In this document: positions 10,136 through 20,258 of the stretch, one piece after another | Numbering within the stretch: position 1 is the stretch's first letter | How the letters are laid out: each line of letters opens with the position of its first letter | Source of the DNA: an uncultured delta proteobacterium | GTDB taxonomy: Bacteria > Desulfobacterota > Binatia > UBA9968 | DNA length: 64,000 bases | Reading direction: 5' to 3' | NCBI GenBank assembly: GCA_963755715.1 | Contig: CAVWLW010000064.1 | Span: 114,559 to 178,558 of the forward strand | Notes under the pieces: generated by a model | Told to the model about the DNA's origin: nothing | What the model saw: the letters and a program-made list of their open reading frames with translations, nothing else | The model's database searches: none | Program-made: the position numbers and the translations under genes

Positions 10136-10855
10136 TCACCCGCGAATTTTAACCCTCGCCGCGGTTCTTCTGACTCCTTCATAATAAAAGCCGTCGAAAT
10201 AAACCTGCCAGGCCATCATCGACTCTTCCGCCGCGCGCAAAGCGGCCTTTTTCTCGGCGTCGCTGGTTAAATATTTTTCCAGCAACTTGAGCGAGCCGTC
10301 GCCGTGAATCTGATCGACCGAATCGTGCATCCACCAGAACTCGGTGTCTGCTTTCGTCAGCCCGAGTTGGCGCATCCAATGTTGTGCCTGATGATGGGAA
10401 AAGTTACCGCAGTTCGGGTTGTTGGTTCGCTCGAGAACCGATTTTGCCGCCAAGCCCTCATACCACGTGCGGTTTTTTGTCAGCGCCTCCCACGCGTGCA
10501 TGGCCACGATTGTTGTCGGCAGTGGCTTGGCGTTGACGATACCGTCGCGGGTCAAACCCAACGCCATCCCCATTCTTGCGAGAATTTCGAAATGCGAGTG
10601 ACCTTCCTGGGCTTCTTCTTCATAAAGATTTTCAGTGACGATGAATTTGCGCACTTCGGTGATCGGACAGTTACCGACGACATGCGCCCAGCACTGCCGG
10701 CTGTGACGCGTAAAGCTCGACCATTGCTCGATCAAAACCCGCGCTGCTTCTTTGGTCAACCGATCTTTGGAATAAGGCACCCATAGCAGCCGGTCGTTGC
10801 AGTCAGTGACGATCTTGTCGATGGCCGCGGCGAAAGCTGACGAACTCGAACCCAT
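10136..10855 (-). CDS. Heme-oxygenase-like diiron (PqqC/CADD/TenA-like) redox enzyme
   Basis: ENLYEEE-x6-H, VLER and H-x3-D-x2-H (HDSVDQIH) ligand pattern; start MGSSS after GGAGG. Confidence 0.82.
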   Translation of the reverse strand: MGSSSSAFAAAIDKIVTDCNDRLLWVPYSKDRLTKEAARVLIEQWSSFTRHSRQCWAHVVGNCPITEVRKFIVTENLYEEEAQEGHSHFEILARMGMALGLTRDGIVNAKPLPTTIVAMHAWEALTKNRTWYEGLAAKSVLERTNNPNCGNFSHHQAQHWMRQLGLTKADTEFWWMHDSVDQIHGDGSLKLLEKYLTSDAEKKAALRAAEESMMAWQVYFDGFYYEGVRRTAARVKIRG

Positions 10856-10889
10856 CAGAAACCCTCCGAAATATAAAACTGGAGTCGCC

Positions 10890-10943
10890 GTAATGGAGTA
10901 ATGGGTTTCGGAGCCTCCAATACTCCAATACTCCATTCACCCA
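10890..10943. repeat. 8-bp-period inverted repeat (TGGAGTAA / ATACTCCA)
   Basis: gtaatggagtaatggg ... ctccaatactccaatactccattcaccca. Confidence 0.7.
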
Positions 10944-10945
10944 AT

Positions 10946-12024
10946 TTAAAACCCCCTGAGACTGACCCCCAACCCCGCGCCCTCCGGCACGCTGATCGCG
11001 CCTTTGTTCACTGACAGTCCGAAGAACGGATCGCCGGTGATCACCTCGAACTCGCCGAGCTCGCAGAGCGGAGAAATTCCCGGCGTGCTCGCCGCGAGAT
11101 GCACCGCGGCTGCATCGCCGACCATGCTGCCCGCCGTGTTCGAGAGCGCGCAGCGAACGCCATTCAGCTCGCACAGCTCGGCGATGCGGCGCACTTCGCC
11201 GATGCTGCCGACTTTGGCAATGCCGGTGTTGATCGAATCGACCATGCGATTCCTAATCAACGTTTGAGCATCCGCAAAGGTACGGCACGATTGATCGGCT
11301 TCGATCTTGATCGGCGCATGCTGCTTCACCTCCCGGAGCGCGTCAAATTGATCGCGCGGCACCGGCTGCTCAAAGACTTCGATCCCGTGATCGGCCAGAC
11401 ACTTGGCTAATCGGATCGCCGTCTTGGCGTCGTAAGCTTCATTGGCGTCGATCTTGATAAACACGTCGTCGCCCACGGCCTTGCGCACAGCGGCCACGCG
11501 CGGCAAATCTTTGTCGATTTTGCCGCTGACTTTGAGTTTCAGCGCCAAGCCGTCGCGCGCCAACTGTCTTGCTTCCTCCGCCATCTTCTCCGGAGTATCG
11601 ACGCTCACCATTTTAATCACCCGGATCTCGCTGCGATATTTGCCGCCAAGCATGACGGCAAGCGGCATGTGGTAGCTCCGCGCCAACGCATCGTACATCG
11701 CCGTCTCCAGAGCCGACTTGGCGCGCGGGTTTCCGGTTAATGCGTGATCCATGTCGGCGCGAAGTCGCGCCAGATCTTCGAGATCCCGGCCGACCACTTT
11801 GGGCTTCAAAACCGTGTCGATGACATGCTGCGCGGTCTGCGGCGTTTCGCCCGTGCGCGGGAAAAGATCCGAGTAACCGTAGCCTTCGATGCCCCCGTCG
11901 GTGATGACCTTGGCCAGCAAGCCGCGCGCGACCGTAAAATTATTCGTCGCCGTGACCAGCGGCTTGGTGTAAGGCATTTCTAATACGGCTGGTTTCAACG
12001 CCAGTGACTTTGCCTGATTTTCAT
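10946..12024 (-). CDS. Enolase-superfamily enzyme (mandelate racemase/muconate lactonizing/dipeptide epimerase type), N-terminal frameshift
   Basis: KLK, IDANE, FEQP and ADQS motifs and C-terminal PEGAGLG; ATG-AAA-ATC (MKI) at 12024 is out of frame with the 10946..11998 body. Confidence 0.88.
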
Positions 12025-12250
12025 CAATTCACATTCCTTTAGTCTCGAGCGAACTTGATGCAGCTAGCGGATGCTTACCATAATTGAATCCAGCTCTGCC
12101 AGTGACCGAGACGATCATCCATGCGCGACGCTGAACCCGATCCAATCTCAAAAGACTTCCTGATTTTGTTGCACCGTGGTAGGGTCGCACCCGGATAAAA
12201 AACTCGCAAACCTCGATCGATTTCAAAAACCATTAAGGAGTAAGTCGCTC

Positions 12251-13378
12251 ATGTCCCAGGATGAACGCATAAAAGCTTTGATGGCGGCGTTTCACAAAAC
12301 CACTTATTTCAAATGGATGGCAAGCCAAAATATCCCCGTGATCGATGGTTACGGCTTGGAAGACGTCCGTGACGTCGCCATGGCGCCGTGGGCACGCACC
12401 GGCGGCAAGGCCTCGTTTATCAATCTCTACGGCATGGAAGGCGTCACCGGCATGTACGTGGGCGAGATTCCCGCCGGCGGTGCGCTCGAAGCCGAGAAAC
12501 ATTTTTACGAAGAAGTGATCTGCATCCTCGATGGCCAGGGTGCCACGGAAGTGTGGCAAGAAGGCGGGCGCAAGCAAATGTTCGAATGGGGGCCATGGAG
12601 CTTGTTCGCGCCGCCGCTCAATACCTGGCATCGACTGATCAACGGCGGGCGCCAGCCGGTGAAGTATTTGGCTGTGACCAACGCGCCGCTGGTGATGGAT
12701 ATCGTGCACAACGAGGAATTCATTTTTAATTCCCCTTATGTTTTTTCCGACCGCTACTCGGGCGCAGACGATTTTTTTAATATTGGACAGAAGCGCTACG
12801 AGTCCGGCATGCAGCATATCTGGGAAACCAATTTCATCATGGACGTCCAGTCGGCGAATCTGGATCAGCGCGAAGTAAAGGGCGCCGGCGTGCGCATCAC
12901 CCAGTTCGAGCTTTCCGGCAACAGCTTGATCGGCCATCTAGCGCAGTGGCCGGCGGCGCGCTACCACAAGGCGCACTATCACGGCTCCGGCGCGATTCTA
13001 TTGGGCTTGCAATCGTCGGGTTACGTTCTCCTCTGGTCGAAGGAACTCGGCACTCAGCCTTACGAAGCCGGCCGCGGCGACGAAGTCGTCGAAGTGAAAT
13101 GGAAAGCCGGCAGCGTCTATTGCCCGCCGGGCGGCTGGTTTCATCAGCATTTCAATACCGGCCCCGAACCGGCGCGCCATCTCGCGCTCCGCTACGGCAG
13201 CCGAATTCACCCGATCGGCTTTAAGATCGCCGACAAGCGCAGCGAGGACGGCGTTTATATCGACGTAAAAAAAGGCGGCACTCTAATCGAATATGCCGAC
13301 GAAGACCCGTACATTCGCAAACACTACGAAGACGAGATGAGAAAAAGAGGCGTAGCGAGCCAGATGCCGGCGGTATAA
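12251..13378 (+). CDS. Bicupin-domain protein, putative dioxygenase or isomerase
   Basis: KHFYEE...PLNTWH and HKAHYH...WFHQH cupin motifs; ATG after TAAGGAG. Confidence 0.85.
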   Translation: MSQDERIKALMAAFHKTTYFKWMASQNIPVIDGYGLEDVRDVAMAPWARTGGKASFINLYGMEGVTGMYVGEIPAGGALEAEKHFYEEVICILDGQGATEVWQEGGRKQMFEWGPWSLFAPPLNTWHRLINGGRQPVKYLAVTNAPLVMDIVHNEEFIFNSPYVFSDRYSGADDFFNIGQKRYESGMQHIWETNFIMDVQSANLDQREVKGAGVRITQFELSGNSLIGHLAQWPAARYHKAHYHGSGAILLGLQSSGYVLLWSKELGTQPYEAGRGDEVVEVKWKAGSVYCPPGGWFHQHFNTGPEPARHLALRYGSRIHPIGFKIADKRSEDGVYIDVKKGGTLIEYADEDPYIRKHYEDEMRKRGVASQMPAV

Positions 13379-13398
13379 AAAAGATCGAACTGTTCTTA

Positions 13399-13458
13399 CC
13401 CTCCCAGGGATGCGCGGGAGGACGAAGGACGAGTTTGAACGTCTTGAACGGTTGGAAC
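13399..13458. repeat. Family A repeat with CCTCCC/GGGAGG hairpin, between convergent genes
   Basis: cctcccagggatgcgcgggagg then ttgaacgtc-ttgaacggt-tggaacc. Confidence 0.7.
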
Positions 13459-14588
13459 CTATTGCAGTATCTCTTCGGCGAACTTCGCCGAAGGAATTCT
13501 TACGCCCTTGTACTTATCTTCCAGATGATTTCTGACTTCATGGTATTGCTGCACGGTTAAACATCTTTCGCCGCCACCGCGCCGAATTCCTTGAGCCACT
13601 TGGTGTCCACGTCCAGACGGCGTGTCGATTGATGCATGACTTTGACGTAAAGTTCCTGCCCCTCTTTCGACAGTAACCAATTGACAAAAACTCTTGCCGC
13701 GTTGGGATGGGGCGGATTTTTCACCACGCCGATGACGCCGGAACCATTCGAGGAAGGCAAGCCTTCCTTCATTTTTGGCAACTCCTTGATCGGCAGATTG
13801 GCAGTAAGAAATCCCTCCAGTGTATAAAAGCTCACGCCCAAGGCGACGGCGAGCTTGCCTTTAGCGAGCGCATCGCCCAACTGGCGCTGATCGCGGCTGA
13901 TAAAGAGATCTTGCTGCACGAGCTTTTTCAAATAGCTCTCGCCTTTGATGTCCCAGAGAAACGACCAGATCGATTGTCCCGAGCCCGGCGTGCGTGGATC
14001 GAGGAAGCCGACTTTGCCTTTCCACTGGGGCTTCAATAAATCATCGAGGCTGCGAATCTCGTCCGGCTTTAACATTTTTGTGTTGTACCAAAAACCGCCG
14101 GTGCCGGCGTCGGCGATAAAGGAATAAAGAAAACGATTGGTGCTGACATTGTCTTCCCAGATATGGCCACCCCACCAGTTTTTCGCCTCTTTGACTTCGG
14201 GCAAGATCATCATGGCGTCCAGAGGCTCGGTCATGCCGGATTCGACGAGCGACTCGTAGGTGCCCGAGCCGCCGATGAACACATCGAAGTTTTTGACGCC
14301 GGCGGCGAACTCCGCGGCGATCTTGCTGGCGTTCTGCGGTCCTCTTGCCGTTGAAAGATCCATATCGATACCGAACTTTGGCTTGAACACTGCTTCCAGT
14401 TCTTTTCTAAGCTCGGCACGTGCGGGAATTCCGACGACGATCACCCCTTCTTTTTTGGCCTCTTGCAGGCTTCTCTCCCATTCCTTTTTCCAATCGACTT
14501 GCGCCTGCGCGGTGTGCGCCGCACCCCAAGACAATAGGCCCAAAAGTATGGTGAAGAGTTTTTGTTTTGTTCGACGTGAAACTCTCAT
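13459..14588 (-). CDS. Extracellular solute-binding protein (Fe/polyamine-type), frameshift near 13560
   Basis: Signal peptide; AKKEG, LLKPQWKGK and PHPNAARVFVNWLLSKEGQ motifs; tail continues in the 13459..13680 frame. Confidence 0.88.
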
Positions 14589-14732
14589 GTGCTTACTCTT
14601 TCTGAGCGCGCGCTTTCAAAGCGCGTCTGTCCTGATTGCTGCCGCCGACCGTATCGCATCGGCGGGAGAGATCAAGACCGGAACGCCAGCTTTTCCTGGC
14701 ATCGAGTAATGAGGTATAACCCTAACTGCGCG

Positions 14733-16400
14733 ATGAAAGTTCTCCTCGTCCAACCGCCGGTTCAGGATTTTTACGACACCGACGTGCGCCTGCAACCTAT
14801 CGGTCTCGCCTATCTCAAAGCCGCCATTCGAAAACATCTACCCGATATCGACGTCACCATCCAAGACTATCACAGCGGCTGCGGTCGACAGACCGTGCCG
14901 ATTCCGAAGGAGCTGCGCTACCTAGCCGAATATTATCCGGTCGCCGACAAATCGCCGTTTTCCACCTTTCATCAGTATTATCACTTCGGCAAATCCTTCG
15001 ATCAGATCGAAAGCGAGATCGCCGAGCTAAAACCCGATGTGGTTGGCATCTCCTGCCTCTTCACGCCGTATTACCGCGAAGCTCTCGAAGTGGCCGCGCG
15101 CGTAAAGAAGCGAGCCAACGCCATTGTCGTCATGGGCGGCTCGCACGCATCGGCAGTGCCGGAATCTTTGCTAGCGTCGCCACACGTCGATTACGTCATC
15201 CGTGGCGAAGGCGAAAAACCGTTCGTTGAATTCCTGGGGGCTATTCAAAATCAGCAAAGCGTCGATGGGCTTCCAAACCTTGCGTACAAGCGCGACGGCG
15301 CATGCGTTCTCAACCCTCTTCAGGACAACTTTCCGATCGACGACTTGCCGATCCCCGACCTCAGCGATTTTTCGCCAATGAATTACACGCTCGCCGGCAA
15401 AGCCATGACGTTCATGATCACCTCGCGCAGTTGCCCGCACAAATGTTCCTTTTGCTCGGTGCACACGACTTTCGGCACGAACTACCGGCGGCGCTCGCTG
15501 CAGAATGTTCTGGAAGAAATCGAGCTGCGCTATCAGCAAGGCTATCGCGTGATCGACTTCGAAGACGATAATCTTACTTATTACAAACAGACTTTCAAAG
15601 AACTCTGCCGGCGGCTGATCGCTCGCTTTCCCAATCGCGAGCTGGAATACGTCGCCATGAACGGCATCAGCTATTTAAGTCTCGACGATGAGCTGCTTGA
15701 GCTGATGTACCAAGCGGGCTTCTCGCATTTGAATCTCGCTCTCGTCAGCTCCGACAAAACCGTGCGCGAAACCACCAAGCGGCCGCATACGCTCGAAGCC
15801 TACGTGAAAGTCGTGAACAAGGCGCATCAGCTCGGCTTTAAAATCGTTTCCTACCAAATCCTCGGCCTGCCCAACGAAAGTTTGGACAGCATGATTCAAA
15901 CGCTCGCCTTCAATGCGCGCCTCCCCGTCCTGCTCGGCGCTTCGCCGTTCTATCGCACGCCGAATTCGCCCATCGCCCGGGGATTGGAACTCAATGAAAC
16001 CGATTATGTCCGCGCTCGCTTGACCGCCCTGGCGATTGAAACTGAGACTTTCTCTCGCGACGACATCTATACCCTCTTTGTCACGACGAGAATTATTAAT
16101 TTCCTGAAAGGTCTGCCGCTTCGGTCTACAACGACTCTCGGCTCTCTAGTCAGCGCAGCACCCGAAACCCACAAAGCGGGAATCGGCTTGCTTCTACTCA
16201 AGCAGCTTTTGACGACCAGGCGCTTATACTTTTTGACGAAACAAGGGCTGGAGGAAAATCGAAAATTTGTCAGCGGAATATTTTTCCGAGTGCTTTCAGA
16301 AGTAGAATCCATCGCCTGTCAAAACGGCCACTCTGTCATCGTCGACGATTTCCATCGCCGACATGACGGGACCGGGGCAACCTTAATAAATTTGACATAG
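14733..16400 (+). CDS. B12-binding radical SAM protein
   Basis: MKVLLVQPP start, PIGLAYL, GGSHAS, RGEGE, SRSCPHKCSFC (CxxxCxxC) and FEDDN motifs. Confidence 0.93.
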   Translation: MKVLLVQPPVQDFYDTDVRLQPIGLAYLKAAIRKHLPDIDVTIQDYHSGCGRQTVPIPKELRYLAEYYPVADKSPFSTFHQYYHFGKSFDQIESEIAELKPDVVGISCLFTPYYREALEVAARVKKRANAIVVMGGSHASAVPESLLASPHVDYVIRGEGEKPFVEFLGAIQNQQSVDGLPNLAYKRDGACVLNPLQDNFPIDDLPIPDLSDFSPMNYTLAGKAMTFMITSRSCPHKCSFCSVHTTFGTNYRRRSLQNVLEEIELRYQQGYRVIDFEDDNLTYYKQTFKELCRRLIARFPNRELEYVAMNGISYLSLDDELLELMYQAGFSHLNLALVSSDKTVRETTKRPHTLEAYVKVVNKAHQLGFKIVSYQILGLPNESLDSMIQTLAFNARLPVLLGASPFYRTPNSPIARGLELNETDYVRARLTALAIETETFSRDDIYTLFVTTRIINFLKGLPLRSTTTLGSLVSAAPETHKAGIGLLLLKQLLTTRRLYFLTKQGLEENRKFVSGIFFRVLSEVESIACQNGHSVIVDDFHRRHDGTGATLINLT

Positions 16401-16420
16401 ACAGGAGCCTGTACTACCCT
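16392..16420 (+). promoter_or_regulatory. Putative sigma70 promoter of the ABC operon
   Basis: TTGACA, 17 nt, TACCCT, located 36 nt upstream of ATG 16457. Confidence 0.55.
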
Positions 16421-16456
16421 TCCGACCGCTCGTCGGAAATCACGGCAGGAGGCAAA

Positions 16457-17530
16457 ATGAAAAAATTACTATTAGTTCTGTTGTTGTCGGGTATGCTGGC
16501 GGCGCAGCTCTCTCGGAGCTATTCGGCGGAAAGCAACCCTACTGTCACGGCAGCGCAAAAGGAAGGAAAGCTCGTTATCTATTCTTCGACGGACTCGGCC
16601 AGCGTCGAGCCGCTGCTGCAGGATTTCAAGGCGCTCTATCCGTTTCTTCAAGTCGAGTACAATGATCTCAATACCACGGAGCTCTATAATCGTTTCACCG
16701 CCGAGGCAGCTTCCGGCGCCGGCACGGCGGATTTCATGTGGAGCTCGGCAATGGACCTGCAGCTTCAGCTCGCGAGCAAAGGCAACGCTCTGAGTTACGC
16801 CTCGCCGGAAATTTCCGGCTTGCCCAAGTGGGCGGTGTGGCAGAATCAAGCTTATGGCACGACCTTCGAGCCGGTAAGCTTCGCGTACAACAAACGGCTA
16901 TTGGCCGCCGATGCGGTGCCGCAGAGTCATGCCGATCTGGTTCGTTTGATGAAAGAGAAGCACGACGTGTTCAAGGAAAAAATCGCCACCTTTGATCCGG
17001 AAAAAAGCGGTGTCGGATTTCTCATGATGACTCAAGACGCGAAAGTGTTCCCGCAGTTCTGGGATCTCGCCAAAGGTCTCGGCGCCACCGGCGCAAAAGT
17101 TTATACAAGCACAGGCGCAATGCTGGAGAAGGTCGGTTCAGGCGAGCATACTTTGGCCTATAATATTATCGGCTCCTATGTGCTGCTGCGCCAGAAAAAA
17201 GATCCGTCTCTCGGCTTGGTATTGCCGAAGGATTACACGCTCGTGTTTTCGCGCGTCGCTTTTATTTCCAAGACAGCGCGCAATCCCAACGCCGCCAAAC
17301 TATTTCTCGACTACGTTCTTTCCAAACGCGGCCAGACCGTGATGTCCGAGAAATCCCTGGTCTATTCGATTCGCAGCGACGTGTCTGGACCGATCACCGC
17401 CGCCGGCCTCACCAAGGATCTCGGCAAGGCATTGAAACCCATCGAGGTGAACACGGATATTCTCGCCGGTCTCGAACAAAACAAGCGCTTGGAATTCATG
17501 AAACAGTGGAAGGAAGCACTGAAAAGATAA
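16457..17530 (+). CDS. ABC substrate-binding protein, FbpA/AfuA (Fe3+-type) family
   Basis: Signal peptide; AAQKEGKLVIYSS and NPNAAKLFLDYVLSKRGQ motifs; first gene of an SBP-permease-ATPase operon. Confidence 0.9.
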   Translation: MKKLLLVLLLSGMLAAQLSRSYSAESNPTVTAAQKEGKLVIYSSTDSASVEPLLQDFKALYPFLQVEYNDLNTTELYNRFTAEAASGAGTADFMWSSAMDLQLQLASKGNALSYASPEISGLPKWAVWQNQAYGTTFEPVSFAYNKRLLAADAVPQSHADLVRLMKEKHDVFKEKIATFDPEKSGVGFLMMTQDAKVFPQFWDLAKGLGATGAKVYTSTGAMLEKVGSGEHTLAYNIIGSYVLLRQKKDPSLGLVLPKDYTLVFSRVAFISKTARNPNAAKLFLDYVLSKRGQTVMSEKSLVYSIRSDVSGPITAAGLTKDLGKALKPIEVNTDILAGLEQNKRLEFMKQWKEALKR

Positions 17531-17534
17531 ACTT

Positions 17535-19202
17535 GTGAGCCGGACTCTCCGTTCCTTCGCGGTGATCGGCGTAGGCCTGGTGGTCTTCGGACCGCTGGGG
17601 CTCATCATTTACCAAAGTTTTCTTAGCGAAGCTTTCTTTAGCCCGACGGCCGCCCTGAGCCTCGGCGCCTATCGTTACGTTCTCACCGATTCCGGTTTTC
17701 ACTCCGCCTTCGGCACCTCTCTGCTGGTTTCCCTCGGCATGACATTGATCTCGGTTCCGCTCGGCAGTCTGCTGGCGTTTTTGCTCGTGCGCACCGATTT
17801 GCCGGGAAAGAAATTTCTCGAGCCCTGGCTGCTCGTGCCGATCTTCCTCTCGCCTGTTGTATTGGCTTTCGGCTACGTCGTTGCCGTCGGCCCGGTTGGA
17901 TTCTTTTCGCTCTGGACGAAGGCGTTGGTCGGCCGCGTGCCGTGGAATCTGTATTCCCTTTACGGCATGATTTTGATCGCTGGCCTCACCCACGTGCCTC
18001 ATTCTTTTCTTTATGTCTCCGCTGCGCTGCGCAGTTTAGACCCATCGGTCGAGGAGGCAGCGCGAGTTGCCGGCGCCGGCCCATGGCGCATTGCGGCAAC
18101 GGTGAGCCTGCCTTTGGTGCTACCGTCGATTCTGTTCAGCGCGTCTTTGATATTTTTGCTGGGCTTCGAATTGTTCGGCTTGCCCCTCGTGCTGGGCGAT
18201 CCCGCCGGTCTGCTCGTGCTCACGACCTATTTATACAAGCTCACCAATCTGCTCGGCGTGCCTTCCTACCACCTCATGGCTGTCGTTGCGCTCTCGATCG
18301 TTGCGCTGACTTTCCCATTGGTCTACGCGCAGCGCCGCATGCTGCGCACCGCCGGCCGCTTTGCGGTGATCGGTGGCAAAGGCCAGGCGTTCCGCCCTCT
18401 GCCCCTCGGCGCGTTGCGCTGGCCTGCCGTCGCGATCGTTTTGCTGTGGTTGATAGTAACGGTCCTATTGCCGCTGATCGGTGTTGCCTTGCGCTCGGTC
18501 GTTAGCCAATGGGGCGAAGGAATCAAGTTATCCGAAGTTTTGACCTTGGATCATTTTCGCGAGCTCCTAGGTTATCCCAATTTGGTCCGCGGCATCGTCA
18601 ATACGCTATTGATCGGCAGCATCGGCGGCGCGTTGTCCGTCGTATTCTACGCCGTAATCGGCCTAGCCGCGCACCGCTGGCAGAGCCGCTGGGTTTCGTT
18701 TCTCGATTATCTGGTGATGTTGCCGCGCGCTCTGCCCGGACTCATCGTCGGCTTGGCATTTCTCTGGGTGTTTTTGTTTTTCAAACCGATCGCACCGCTG
18801 CGCACGACGTTATTCAGCTTGTGGATTGCCTATACGGTTGTCTGGCTCGCCTATGGATTGCGTCTGATCTCCGCCGCCTTGTTGCAGGTGAAACCGGAAC
18901 TGGAGGAAGCCGCGCGCGTTACCGGCGCGGGCCAAGGCACGGTTTACCGCGACGTGACGCTGCCGCTGATTCGCTTCGGTCTGATCGGCAGTTGGCTGCT
19001 CGTGTTCATGATGTTCGTGCGCGAATACTCGACCGGAGTCTATTTGCTCGGCCCTGGCACCGAAGTGATCGGCTCGTTGATCGTCTCGCTCTGGGGCACC
19101 GGTGCCTTGGATTTGATCTCGGCGCTCTCCGTCATCGAAATTGCTTTGGTCGGCTTGATACTTTTTATCGCCCTTCGTTTAGGAGTGAGACTCGATGCCT
19201 GA
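17535..19202 (+). CDS. ABC permease, FbpB-type with two EAA domains
   Basis: About 12 hydrophobic segments; EEAARVAGA and EEAARVTGA motifs. Confidence 0.93.
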   Translation: MSRTLRSFAVIGVGLVVFGPLGLIIYQSFLSEAFFSPTAALSLGAYRYVLTDSGFHSAFGTSLLVSLGMTLISVPLGSLLAFLLVRTDLPGKKFLEPWLLVPIFLSPVVLAFGYVVAVGPVGFFSLWTKALVGRVPWNLYSLYGMILIAGLTHVPHSFLYVSAALRSLDPSVEEAARVAGAGPWRIAATVSLPLVLPSILFSASLIFLLGFELFGLPLVLGDPAGLLVLTTYLYKLTNLLGVPSYHLMAVVALSIVALTFPLVYAQRRMLRTAGRFAVIGGKGQAFRPLPLGALRWPAVAIVLLWLIVTVLLPLIGVALRSVVSQWGEGIKLSEVLTLDHFRELLGYPNLVRGIVNTLLIGSIGGALSVVFYAVIGLAAHRWQSRWVSFLDYLVMLPRALPGLIVGLAFLWVFLFFKPIAPLRTTLFSLWIAYTVVWLAYGLRLISAALLQVKPELEEAARVTGAGQGTVYRDVTLPLIRFGLIGSWLLVFMMFVREYSTGVYLLGPGTEVIGSLIVSLWGTGALDLISALSVIEIALVGLILFIALRLGVRLDA

Positions 19203-20251
19203 TCTGATCGTGGAGAATATCGAAAAGCAGCTCGGGCACGGCGCAAGTTTTGTGCGGCGTGTCCTTCGAGCTACAACAAGGCGAAGTCCTCGCTCTCCTG
19301 GGCGCCTCCGGCAGTGGCAAGACGACGTTGCTGCGCTCGGTCGCCGGCCTTGAGCGTCCCGACAAAGGCAAGATCGAAATCCGCGGCAAAGTCGTGTTTG
19401 ACGCGGCGAGCGGGTTTGAAATTCCCGCGGAGCAGCGCGGCCTGGGATTGGTTTTTCAATCCTACGCGATTTGGCCGCATCGCAGTGTGTTTGAAAACGT
19501 CGCCTATGGCTTGCGTTTAAGACACGTGGCCGACACAGAGATCCGCCAGAGGGTCGGCGACGTGTTGGCGCGCCTTGGACTCGGCCATCTAGCGGACCGC
19601 TACGCGCATCAATTGTCCGGCGGCCAGCAACAACGGGTCGCCCTCGCGCGCGCGATCGTTTACAATCCGCCGGTCTTGTTGCTCGACGAACCGCTGTCGA
19701 ACCTCGACGCCAAGCTGCGCGAAGACGCCCGCGCCTGGGTGCGCGAGCTCATCAAACAAATCGGCAATAGCGCGCTCTATGTCACCCATGACCAAACCGA
19801 GGCATTGGCGATCGCCGATCGCGTGTTGTTATTGGATCGAGGACAGATTCAACAAGACGGCACGCCTCAAGAAATCTACGGCCGTCCGACCAGCCAGTTT
19901 GCCGCTGAGTTTATGGGCAGCAACAACCGCTTCGATGGCAAGATCGCCGAGATCTCCGGCAATCGCGCCCGCCTCGAAAACCACGGCTGGAGTCTGTGGG
20001 GCAAATTGCGCGGCAATAAAGAGCCCGGCGCGTCGGGTACGGGACTGATCCGGGTCGAGCGGGTGCGCTTAGCCGACGGTGGCGGCGAAAACCATCTGAA
20101 GATGCAACTGAAGTCCGCTCTCTATTTAGGCGAGCGCTGGGAATACGTGCTTCAGCTCGGCGACTTGCGCCTGCGTGTTTGGGGCGAAGAAGCGCGCGCC
20201 CCCGGCGAATGTTGGGTGGCGATCCCGCAAGAGGAATTCTGGATTTTCTAG
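19195..20251 (+). CDS. ABC ATP-binding protein (FbpC/PotA type), extra G near 19235
   Basis: GASGSGKT, LSGGQQQR and LLDEP motifs; ATG 19195 after AGGAG gives MPDLIVENIEKQLG, out of frame with the body. Confidence 0.92.
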
Positions 20252-20258
20252 TTTCGAC

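Noticed and set aside
10136-10855. pqqC assignment
   Set aside because: No pqqA/B/D/E genes nearby; only fold-level motif similarity
19195-19250. Programmed ribosomal frameshifting at this and other split genes
   Set aside because: No consistent slippery heptamer or stimulator; breaks are scattered across unrelated ordinary genes
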